Shown here piece after piece: positions 31,001-40,764 of a stretch of DNA of 64,000 nt. Position numbers and translations under genes: made by a program. Within the stretch, counting starts at the first letter, position 1. Each line of letters starts with the position of its first letter. The notes beneath the pieces are model-generated. The model saw nothing but the letters and a program-made list of their open reading frames with translations. It was not told where the DNA came from and did not search any database. Source of the DNA: Zancudomyces culisetae HAW-14-8 (taxonomy: Eukaryota > Fungi > Kickxellomycota); assembly GCA_052426225.1 (NCBI GenBank), contig JBNJNM010000011.1:1302001-1366000 (forward strand), in the 5' to 3' direction.

Positions 31001-33206
31001 TTGCTACGCCATTCACCTCCATAGATTCTGTCAACGGACCCAGATCCCGGACATTCCCTTTGTTGGCCATCAAAATGCCCTTCGCTAACGATGCATACAT
31101 TATTTGCTCCTTGTACTCATCTCCTTTCCCCCAACTCTTCTTTTTACTCCTTTCCCGGTTCCTGTACAATGCAAACCCCTCGTCTAGATTTCCACATATT
31201 TCAATGTTCGCTACTATCAATTTTCCAATACTTAGCTGCGTACAATTGAGCATATATGGCTCCATCGTATAATGTAGTCTTGTAGCTGTTTCCACAAGCT
31301 GCCTAACTTTTACAATATCCTTGTTATAGCATGTACCTGTCATTCGAGCCAGCTTTTTTCTAGCTATTTCCAAGATTGTGTCTATTACCAGAAAATGAAA
31401 TGTCTGGTTGATTCCTTTTACTTTTATGATGTTCTGAGGTCTATTTGTCTTTAGATATTCTATATATTTTGTTCTACTTTTTACAATCTCTTCTATCTCC
31501 ACAACACTTTTTTCTCCCCTCCTTGACACCTCCTTAACCAAAAAATACCATCCCTTTGAGAGGTTGACTGCCTTTGCCACATTTATCGCATTCAAAACGT
31601 TGTATACACTACCACTATACTTTCTTAGCACTTTTAGTTTTGTTTTCTTGTCCCATTTGTCTACCCGTGACAGTAGCTCGCCCAGTCTCATGACTTCCTC
31701 GTTTGATACCGCCCTTTTTGCCACCACATCCGCTGCCATGTAAATTCCCAGTATTTCGTCATCACATCCTTTGTTTAATGCATTGTTGATAATCTGACTA
31801 ACAAACCTCTCGTCCAAGTCAACACCCACTCTACACAGCCGCGTAACCATTCGCAGTAATATACGACTGCTTTTCCATGCATCTTTTAGACTTCCATACG
31901 TATATCCTGCAAAATACATGTCTAATGCTACTATTTTACGCTTGTACATATCTCCTCTCATTCGTGCCATCACCTTTCTATAATACATGATCCCCACCTG
32001 TTGTATTTCCTCGTACGCTGCGCTTCCCACAGCTATTTCTAACAGTTCTTTGCTTTCCGCATCAACCGCCTGACTAATGATCTTTTTCCAAACCTCTCCA
32101 TAATGATTCTCCTTGCACATTATATAAAATCCCATTAGTATTGTTGTCAAGCTCTTGAGCTGCACTTCTTTTGGCGATCTGTCAAAAACCCTCCGCACGC
32201 TATCTAGATTATTACCCATGTACAATCCAAATAATATATCCTCTACCTTTATGTATTTGTCATAACCACTCCCTTGGCCCACACCCGCTTGCTGGCCTAT
32301 CAAATGAGTTCTGTTTTCGATTCCATCTTCCTTCTTTTCACTTTCATACTCGCTCCCAGGCCTTGGCTTGTCCATTCTAAAGGCATTTGTGCCGTGATAC
32401 TTGCCTTGTCTCCTGACGTATGTATTATACGCTTTTTCTGCCACCAATCTACTTGTTAGTATCATCATTGGTGTCATAACCTCCTTATTTTTATAAAAAA
32501 GTTTCAACACATCTAATTTGCCCCCTAAATCCTGCCTCATCTCTTCCAAAACCTGAAGATAGATTCTACGAATTGTTCCAGGAGTGAACAGTTTTTCTCT
32601 GACTATCCATTTCATTTCTTCAGTGATCACCTCTTGTATTTTTCTCCCTTCAATCTTAACCATCCTAATAATATTTTCGTCCATTTCAGCTCGCCTTTTT
32701 TCCAACCTTCCAGTCCCATTTTCATCACCATTATTGTTATTTCCCTTCTCCAGCATATCTATTACACGTCTTCGATCTACCCCTAACATTGCTTTCACAT
32801 CAGCGTTGCTCGGCGATTCCATAGCCGCCTCTAATTCCAGAATCCTTTCTAATATTTTCTCTATTTCCATCTCTTTTTCTTTTAACAACCCTACACCGTT
32901 GCCAATAACACCACTACCGCCAAAATCATTACTATTTGCGTTTTCATTCTCATTTCCACCCCCATTTTCACTCTTACTTTCTTCTGTACTTATCCCGATA
33001 CTTATATTACTATTGCTTCCCAAGCTCCTTTCTTTTGTTGATAGACTACTATAATACAATCTACTGGCTAGTTTTCCAGTCTTTCGTGTGCCTATATAAA
33101 TCGTTCCACCTGCGTTGGTCCTCAGTTTAACGCTCTCAATCACCAAGCCTGCTGTGCTTTTATTTAATCCATTAAACAGCAAGTATCGAAAGCGAATGGT
33201 TTTCAT
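28002..33206 (-). CDS. Very large helical-repeat protein (about 1734 aa), probably a mitochondrial PPR protein
   Basis: Uninterrupted ORF. First ATG at 33206 gives a basic presequence-like MKTIRFRYLLF. PPR-like helices: MYASLAKGIL, YYSVLITGLL, IYLHIMWALAR, TYSIMVYAYSQNNDLTNVLKYY. Confidence 0.6.
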   Translation of the reverse strand: MKTIRFRYLLFNGLNKSTAGLVIESVKLRTNAGGTIYIGTRKTGKLASRLYYSSLSTKERSLGSNSNISIGISTEESKSENGGGNENENANSNDFGGSGVIGNGVGLLKEKEMEIEKILERILELEAAMESPSNADVKAMLGVDRRRVIDMLEKGNNNNGDENGTGRLEKRRAEMDENIIRMVKIEGRKIQEVITEEMKWIVREKLFTPGTIRRIYLQVLEEMRQDLGGKLDVLKLFYKNKEVMTPMMILTSRLVAEKAYNTYVRRQGKYHGTNAFRMDKPRPGSEYESEKKEDGIENRTHLIGQQAGVGQGSGYDKYIKVEDILFGLYMGNNLDSVRRVFDRSPKEVQLKSLTTILMGFYIMCKENHYGEVWKKIISQAVDAESKELLEIAVGSAAYEEIQQVGIMYYRKVMARMRGDMYKRKIVALDMYFAGYTYGSLKDAWKSSRILLRMVTRLCRVGVDLDERFVSQIINNALNKGCDDEILGIYMAADVVAKRAVSNEEVMRLGELLSRVDKWDKKTKLKVLRKYSGSVYNVLNAINVAKAVNLSKGWYFLVKEVSRRGEKSVVEIEEIVKSRTKYIEYLKTNRPQNIIKVKGINQTFHFLVIDTILEIARKKLARMTGTCYNKDIVKVRQLVETATRLHYTMEPYMLNCTQLSIGKLIVANIEICGNLDEGFALYRNRERSKKKSWGKGDEYKEQIMYASLAKGILMANKGNVRDLGPLTESMEVNGVAMGALYYSVLITGLLRPESIVARYYNYKTRYSQDTANLDQTEDTQNLEEKRELYFNKRIQIENMLIAEELFMDMQQLKVPRISGIYLHIMWALARDVPRKRNVERIQRYYDLLVEEQDYWQQIRSQELVDIIKNLPRSCTSSSKAENGMGISLSSSLLSLLSSATSPKVIKYIIRKLIVVLNRGENKPKVMRLRELMDSLNTTVCLRTYSIMVYAYSQNNDLTNVLKYYSLGVGYFKTRVENFSKIVGVESTLHVVRNSSQPDIDTMEHAAETGAELAAEMELLEKMTALAIKSALKHRDDTLELPYSIIQKYVHLLSKLAVVYTHQRKRQSGNPEGIEMKNDVLAGNICLYKIEAINAIFSTSSDSSKDEYSFKDFCVGRTGDLGSGAVFTRGFIHILMWMLLEDNRLKRAIDVGILLGGHSGYEKYGGENNNTDYKEVQLERRRQNFRFHTKLNSLVAKIIASPAQSSLPPQLRVEEGTCAHRSVDIDGGRRQHQENGTGYEAAAINPVLVYEHRDAITNLIRYFIYKKHNTATELVGALSLFLDFYRLTTTNSVEESTKNTQEDSAQEQAQTNEKVREHEEWFYELNCSTTNLLLYRIGFELARSNKYKSIRHYFTTTMRSKLGNIYLDGNSNDSDSMEFVNDDMIGGKRAKLAKDCENNAIFQEFVGAIKAIGYRSTYSSIDDDNSKASGQSTGINGIGNGVDTKKLDELCLYLKDFHNTYFADKLDRIFNHFTSEISKTGGESVTAVDNPASNSTSTSTITTVSQLLLGINASSSKCDSKTDSGASAGEIEMVELFEYYKDAHLLFSPSPEFGDNTNIYNNTHYNTKTSSISGIHRSYSEESDELNDNLMNLYKCLPCIIRAFVMVGDLKSAILVFLDYKKYHLIATFLSLRKYPTSIVNISNSNSNSNGNSNRNSNTNSNFSNHYSHTDTEKVVGNSYDSELNHREHEHSYRHNISILESLKSRLKSTNVESNTNKNSTLMLYLLNQLLLHDLF

Positions 33207-34950
33207 TCTTATATTTTCATTTCCGCTGTATCTATGACGGGCTTTTTCTTCGAGGTTCCTGTTCGTATATTTCACCCTTTATCTCTATTTTCCTAATTTG
33301 CTCAAAAAATGTCGATTTTCATTGTCATTTGCATAAATTCAAATATTGTTGATTTGTAACCTCCAAGACTCGATTTATTATATCTACACACTCTCTGACA
33401 GCCTAGTCTTTATCAATAATGCTATTGTTCCAATTATAACAGAAATTTTGGCTGATTTCTGATATGGAACGACATGTAAATCCCCAGATTTGGAATTATC
33501 TTTGTGTTGCAGCTAATGTTGTTATTTTTTTTTGTTTACAACAGATTATTTTTCGATACCTCAAAAACTTCAACCCCTCAGATTTTAATCATAGTAAAAA
33601 AAAATTGCAGTATTCTCCAAATCTCTGCTAAACCCCCACATTTTCCAAGATTTATCATCCACGGATACAATGTGTTAGTTCCTGCAAAACTCAAAATCCA
33701 ACTACAATTTCACAATTTCTCCCTGCCTACCAGGACAATTCGTTTGAAAAAAAAATTTTTTTTACCAGATTATCTCGACTTTGATCCTACCTACCATTTG
33801 TGTTCCAAATCGACTTTTTTTTATTTACTTGGGAGCATTGAAATCTTTTTGGAAAATTTTTTTTTATTCCAATCTGCCATTGCTCCCGCCTGCTTTTCTA
33901 GCCCCTGCATTTGTGCACAACATAAAATATGATTACCAACTGCAACACCTTTTGATTACTTACTACTGAAACAAAGCTATCCACTCTCTCAATTATTAAA
34001 TTCACATTTGCTACTCAAGTTCTCTTGCAGCTCTTAGATGGGTTTGAGATTTGCCAGGAGGGGGAGGGGGAGAGGGAGGGGTATTAAACTTATACACCCA
34101 CCTTGTCCCAGAACCCGTTTGGAGCTCTTACATTTCCAGTCCTCCCTATTTAGTGGGTAGGGCTGACGAGCATCTAATAAAAATATTCTAACCTGTACCT
34201 CCATATCATGAATTCGATCATGGTTGCATTGGGGTAACAAAACCAAGCCCTTGGTATTACTTGCCAATACATCCTACATTCTTTACAAAATATGGTGGAA
34301 ATAAGTTGACGTTAAGGATCGGATTGCTTAACTTTTTCCAATATACCCAGAACATTATACTAGTTTTTTTGCAATCATTCTACTACACCTTTTATAACAA
34401 AATATACTATACATATCTGGGAATATACCAAACTGGCCAATAATTCTATACTTGTTTATCTTCAAGCAGGAATACATCTACTTTATGCCAATCGTGTCCT
34501 TGGTTTTTTTTTTTTTGCTTCATTATCCAGCTGGATCATCTACAAAATTTGACTTTTTTCTTCTGTAGAGTTACCAAGAATTTTAAAAATCCTTGTATGC
34601 TCCTTCATTACCCTCCGCCCAAAAGCCTAAATCTTTTTAAATTGCCATGCATTATTAAGGAAAGATTGATGGAGAAAATTAAACTAAAAGCAAATAGTGC
34701 GAAAATATATTTGGATTGGCAACCAACTAAAAGTAGATTTGAGCTATTTTCGAAAAATGTGTATAAATTGCTCCTCAATCTAATATATTGCAAAATAAGA
34801 TATAAAATAGAGTAAAATAAAACATCTGGCGAATTAATGTGGTTTTGTATAAAGCGCGTCCAACGTTAACCAGAGGATATTCCAACCCATAATCTGATAT
34901 TTTTAATACGCAGCTTTCAGCAACATCTTGTCCTATTTTACAATTATACA

Positions 34951-35766
34951 ATGGATACAGAAGAAATAACACGCGCAGACAGAAGCGAGCCGAGAAAAAA
35001 CATGCTTGAGCAACAGGTTCTACACTTAAAACGGCTTAAGACCAAGGGATCTATACTTTTCTCGCGCCAAAGGACGCTTGTTTTTGAAATATATGACCAA
35101 AACGACGAGCTACTGGGGTACTTAGAGGAGAGTCCCCGTGATACCGATGGAAAAATACTTTTAAAAGCGGAAAGACCACTTGACTTTACAATAAAAACCG
35201 CTGACGGTCAAGCCTTGTATAAAATATCTAGGCCTCGGACGTTTTTTACTAACAACCTGACTGTTAGCACTATGGATGGCAGAGTAGTAGGGTATTGCAA
35301 CCAGGGGTTTGGCTTAGTATCACTTCCATTCAAGTTATATACAGTTGATGTAAACGAAAAAGAAGATTTATTTGCCAAATTTCGTGCACGCGCCATATTT
35401 TCAAAATTCGATATTAAAGACAATAATAATACGAGTATAGGGGAATTCCATAACTACCATGAATCATCTTCAGCACATTACTTTTACGGTGAGACGTTCT
35501 ATAAAATTTCGATAGGCGCCAAACCCGCCAAACCCGCCAAACCCGCCAAACCCGCTAAACCCGCCAAACCCGCCAAACCCGCCAAACCCGCCAAACCCGC
35601 CAAACCCGCCAAACCCGCCAAACCCGCCAAACACGGAAAACGAGACGAAGCTTTGGATTTGTCAAATAAAGTAGATACGACCCTGAGCCCCGAACAGATG
35701 GCTGTAGTTCTTGCAAGCGTAGTGGGATACCAATTCATGGTTTTGCTTACTGAGAGAGTCGGGTAA
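34951..35766 (+). CDS. Phospholipid scramblase / tubby-C-like protein with an (AKP)12 insert
   Basis: FEIYDQNDELLGYLEE, RPLDFTI, LYKISRP, VVGYCNQ, FDIKD beta-hairpin pattern and a C-terminal LSPEQMAVVLASVV helix. Confidence 0.7.
   Translation: MDTEEITRADRSEPRKNMLEQQVLHLKRLKTKGSILFSRQRTLVFEIYDQNDELLGYLEESPRDTDGKILLKAERPLDFTIKTADGQALYKISRPRTFFTNNLTVSTMDGRVVGYCNQGFGLVSLPFKLYTVDVNEKEDLFAKFRARAIFSKFDIKDNNNTSIGEFHNYHESSSAHYFYGETFYKISIGAKPAKPAKPAKPAKPAKPAKPAKPAKPAKPAKPAKPAKHGKRDEALDLSNKVDTTLSPEQMAVVLASVVGYQFMVLLTERVG
35518..35631 (+). repeat. 9-bp coding minisatellite (GCCAAACCC) x12.7
   Basis: Near-perfect array with one GCT variant; encodes AKP repeats. Confidence 0.97.
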
Positions 35767-36653
35767 GCCCACCTTATATCCGTTGGGAATATATTGGAAG
35801 AAGAGGGTACACCTTGAAACAAGCGTACTTTTTTTCTTTCTTTCTACACAGCCTTTTCTTGAGGTCATGAATTCGTTGCACCCATTTCATACCTGTTTGC
35901 AGGTAGAGTGTAAAGATAAAACCGATATTCTCAGTACTAAAGATATACCAGGTTTAATTATGACCCTATGAAGGTTTTGGTCGTGTTTGTATACATCTTT
36001 TCGCTCGTTGGTAGATAAAATTGGTTGTTCAATTGGGCAAGAAGCCGGTTTTTATTTCATTTTACTTTTTATATTCGAGGCTGGGGGAGGGTACGGCGGT
36101 ACAACCCGAAAAAACTAAGAAATCGTTCGCAAAAACAAAACCACGCACTCTAGAAATATGGGGAGCATCTCCCCTTCTCCCCATACAGCATACTTGTTTC
36201 ACTAAAAGCTTTGAAAACAATATACCCACGACACACCTATAATTTTGTTAACTTTTGCTTTTTCACTCCATAACTTTACTCCAGCTTGTTATCTTTTGTC
36301 TTTTATCCTTTATCTTTTATCTTTTTACATGATCTAGACTTTTTTTTTGATTTTTATGCCTTTTACCTATTGCTCCAATATATTGCCTAAATTAATGAAT
36401 CATGGGATGCTGGTTAAGCAGTGGCCGAGAAAGAAGGCTTTTATTTGTAAAAGTTGCCAAGATTCACATCACATGATGCAGATTTATCTGGCGAAATTCT
36501 GGATTTATGCTTTTTGTATGCAGTATCATGCGGTATAAACACCACAAAAAAAGTATCTGCTTCTCTTTTTCACATTTTTAAGCAAACATCTTAATATTAT
36601 TATATTGAAAAGAAGCCCACTCTAACAACATTAATACAACATTAGTATACATT

Positions 36654-37370
36654 ATGGATAGTGGAAACTTGGTAGGCATATTAAACTCAGAAAAGGCAAA
36701 GGGTGTGTTGGGTCAAAAAGTGTTGCGAATTGTGAGGGTGAGAACACCTTACACTCTACTACTTTCTCGACTATATGAATGCATGTTTGAAATATACTCC
36801 GAAGAGGGAAAATTGTTAGGCTATATCCAGGAAAGCCCCCGTGTTGGATTTATGGCCAGGTTTTGTAAGGCTGAAAGATCGCTAGACTTTACTGTAAAGT
36901 CAGCAGATGGAACAAGTCTCTTCAAAATAACAAGACCATTTGGCATGGCCAATAATAAGTACATTGTTTCTACAATTGAGGGAACTGAAATAGGATACTG
37001 TAACCAAAAATATGGACTGAAAAAGAGTTCATATGATATGTACACTTTGGATGAAAGTGGAGCGAGTAAGCTTTTCTCACAGGTCCTTGCGAGTGGGACG
37101 GATTGGGAATTCCCAATAAAAAACGAAGATGCATCGGTGATTGGTGTTATTCAGAGGATATATAGTACATGGACAAACTATTATATATATGGCGAACAAA
37201 ACTACAGACTTATACTTCGACAAGATGAAGTTAAAAAAGTAGGTACGCTTAGAGAGGATATTTCATCGAACTTTGTTCCAGGTGATTTGACACCTGAGCA
37301 GATGGCTGTACTTTTTTCAAGCATTGTAGCGTACCAGTTTTCATCGCTAATAACAGAGAGGACTGGCTAA
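36654..37370 (+). CDS. Scramblase-like tandem paralog without the AKP insert
   Basis: Colinear with 34951-35766: FEIY, GYIQESPR, KAERSLDFT, GYCNQ, YGE, LTPEQMAV, YQF, ITERTG. Confidence 0.72.
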   Translation: MDSGNLVGILNSEKAKGVLGQKVLRIVRVRTPYTLLLSRLYECMFEIYSEEGKLLGYIQESPRVGFMARFCKAERSLDFTVKSADGTSLFKITRPFGMANNKYIVSTIEGTEIGYCNQKYGLKKSSYDMYTLDESGASKLFSQVLASGTDWEFPIKNEDASVIGVIQRIYSTWTNYYIYGEQNYRLILRQDEVKKVGTLREDISSNFVPGDLTPEQMAVLFSSIVAYQFSSLITERTG

Positions 37371-38128
37371 TATATACAATTCGTTGGAACTTTCTTTGAT
37401 TTGAATCAGGAGTTTTTTTTGTAAAAACTTGTTTTTCTTTTATTTTAAACTTATATCTAGGCCTGTTTTGTGAAACAAAAACAACAAAAAACACAAACGA
37501 TAGATGAAACTGGGTTGGTGGCTAGTCCAAGACCATCCCCACTTGTGTTGCTTTTGAGTTAATACCTCGTGTTACATAAGTCTATTTTGGTTGTGTTGCT
37601 AAGCATATACAAAGGAAATAGCTTTTTTTTCCAGCCATTCTTGCGGTCAGCTGTTTGGAGCTGAAGTCATATGACTTGGATACTACCCAAAAGGTAGAAT
37701 CATCAGGGGGTCACTTTGTTTTTTGGTTAGGCTTTAATTGAGGGAAGAGAGTTATTTCATCAGGTCCTTAAAATAAAAGGCAAGTTGTGTGATTCTTGAT
37801 GCGAACCAAGGATACCTTAAGAAAGTAGGATGGGTCTTTTCTGTTGAAGATACATGACACTTACCAAAATGAGAGTTTTTGTTTTTGTTCAAATCATGTG
37901 CGTTGTCTGCTAACTGTTCTTTCATGATATTTAGATATTAAAGCTATTTTGGATTCCCCAGTTTGTATTGTTAACTCTATGTTAAAGACCCAATAAATTT
38001 GGTGCACTATTCTCAGCAAAAATAGAACAATGAATTCCCATTGTTTGCGTATAGAATTTATCAGGTAGCATTCGTTGAAAAAAATATTTTACACAATTAT
38101 TCGCTTGCTAAATATGTTTTTCCAATCA

Positions 38129-38175
38129 GGTTGGGTTGGGTTGGGTTGGGTTGGGTTGGGTTGGGTTGGGGGGGG
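38129..38175 (+). repeat. (TTGGG)8 plus G-run; telomere-like, G-quadruplex-competent
   Basis: Perfect pentamer array 38131-38170 followed by GGGGG. Confidence 0.95.
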
Positions 38176-38958
38176 AGGTCAACAATATAAAATGCTTGTT
38201 GTAAAAAAAAATTAAAAAAAATCAATTATTGTTCCAGAAATCTCGCGCCCCCATTCCATCCCTCCCATTACCCCAACAATTTTCATACAAAATATTTGTC
38301 ACTTTGGAAACCGTGAATGAAAACACCTTTGCCAAACAATCTTGATTTACTGTCCCTGCTTCCACTTTTTGAAAGAATTGAAGTAGGGCCGAAAATTAAC
38401 TAGCCCATTTCCGTTTCTACAATTGACGTGTTTTGTATAAACCTTTGCATTTGATTTGTTTAGTTGAATAACGAAATGCAATAATCCACCATACAGAGCC
38501 ATTATCTGTAATTTTGTTCCATTAATCAACTAGGATTACATAATCGCGTTTAAACAAATCAGGTGATAGAAATAGAAAAGTAAACCTGTATTATCTCTAT
38601 TTCCAACTTTTTGTTAATCTGGAATCATCCTGACAAAAAGAAACCTGCAAGAGCAAGAAAAGAATTTGAAAATTGGTTAGAATATATTGAAACTAGTTTT
38701 TGTTTTTGCTAACTATATATTTTTTGGCTTACAAACTATGCAACTTAAATATCTTTTTCCTCGAACAGTAATCATTTGCCAAAACTGCTTGTTAAATTTA
38801 TTGAAGAATATTGCTGGCTAGATAATACACATTGCTGGCACATCCTCACTTTTTTATTATATTTTTCTTGTCATATCAATCATTAACTGCTTTGAACCGT
38901 TTGGATCATCGAAAAAAAGCAATCCCAAATTCTATATATTCAGATGTTAAATAAAAAA

Positions 38959-40251
38959 ATGATAAGTTTGGTAAGTAAGCGCTTTTTATTAACTAACCAG
39001 TTGGTTTTCTATTATTTTAATCAATTTCTAAAGATTTGAAAACGTGCTCGATCAATTGTGATCTACATCGAGAATCACAAAAAAAAAGTATAAAAAGGGA
39101 GGTGGGATATCCACCCCCCCCAAACATGAACATTCTTGGAGTACCTAAATAACACGAAAATCAAAAAATACGAATAGGGAAAGTGGCCACGAATAGCAAT
39201 ATACGGACTGGCTCTAGTGGTACTACAATTTGTGGTCACTGTTTGTCTAGAAATAGCTATCTTCGTTATATCACAAAAAACCATTATATCATCATTAAGT
39301 ACATGGTCAGGAGATAAGAGTGGTGTCATATACCTTATTCTGTTTATGTTTGGGATGATATTTTCGATATACTTATACGTCGATGCTGTAAATAACGAAA
39401 ACACACCACAGCTCATCACCTTCGTTCTTCTCAATGTCTTTTCATTAGCATGGGGTATTATTCAATACTTTCAAAAGAAAAACAGTGTATGGGTAATAGC
39501 CTATGACGGATTGTTTGCAATGTTGGAACCATACATTATTTCGATTCCGGTAATTCTGTCCGTTACGACCAGTATCCTCCTGTATATAGTAATGCAGTTA
39601 TATAAAATATTTGGTTGGGAGATATACAAACTCATTGGTGCAAATCTACAGCTGAGGGTAATGTACAAACAATACCAGTTGTTCATACAGCTTCTAAAAG
39701 TCAATTTCTTTTTGAGTTTTGGGTTCGCAGCACAATTCATTGTCTTGGTTCTACACTCCAAGGATGTCGAATTTCCCATCACCATTACCATGTTTCCGTT
39801 GAATCTTGTTGTACTATTACTTGCCTTTGCAGCTCTTAGGCGTGAGAGCAAGCCATTGATGTGGATATTTATCGTCGGTATGATTTGCTTTTTGGGCTAT
39901 TACATGTTTAAACTTGTCCGAATCTATGATCCGTCACAGGAGGGAAAATACCAGAACTTGGCCTTGATGCTGACTTTTTACTGTAAGTTTTTGCTCCATA
40001 TCGTGAACCTTTTTGTTTTAAAACAACATCAAGCACATCCCCTAACATTAACTGTACTTATAGGTGTTACTTCACTGGTCGTAATAGTCGTATCGATATT
40101 CCAGGCCATTGTGTGTTTATGTAACTTTGGAATGGGCCTCGAAGACAAAATTTTGAGTGCTAAAGGTGACGGTGATGATCTTGTTTACACTCAAGGTTAT
40201 TACATCAACTCTGCTGGTGAACGAAGAATGGCTTTAGAAGAATACAACTAA
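38959..40251 (+). CDS. Multi-pass membrane protein, UPF0658 Golgi membrane protein-like. Exons 38959-38970, 39178-39982 and 40064-40251.
   Basis: About 7-8 hydrophobic segments. DAVNNENTPQL, FGWEIYKLIGANLQLR..Y..YQLFIQLLKVNFF and ALRRESK match my recollection of the family. Canonical GTAAGT donors. Confidence 0.7.
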
Positions 40252-40764
40252 TTTATATTGTCCTGATACTAAAACCAACGCAACTGATCAACAAACCCAA
40301 TTGGGGTTGTTATTGGTGGTGGGTTTTTTGAAAAAAAATTATATATTTTTTCTGAACATGGATCGCGCTTAATCTCTGTTTTCTTGGTTATTATTTAACG
40401 AAGGCACGCTCGGCCTCTGTTTTAAAATTATATATATTTGACTAACTGGCGAACTGATTTACTATCACTTTAGCAAACATCATCAACAGATATGTTATTA
40501 GTGAGGTGTTTACCATAGGAATGTATTTTGAACAAATAAACTTAATAGATAAATTTGTACACAGTGCATGGCTCAACAACGACACTCTGCCTGTTGAGCG
40601 ATGCAATACAGCATCGTATAATGAACCAACATGATCTTGCCTAGGTGTGCTATTACGAGGAATGTTTTCCTGTGCGCGTACCAATTGCATATCTGGGCTG
40701 GCTAGATCTGCTCAATGGTGAAAGAGATGAAGGCTAATAACAGAATGAGGTAGGAAAAAAACTC

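Noticed and set aside
33207-33275. GTG/TTG starts given by the ORF track (also at 1789, 3706, 24958, 39217, 53105)
   Set aside because: Eukaryotic genes; the true starts are ATGs in upstream exons or just downstream.
36350-36375. GCCTTTTAC resembling U5 snRNA loop I
   Set aside because: Flanks do not form the U5 stem.
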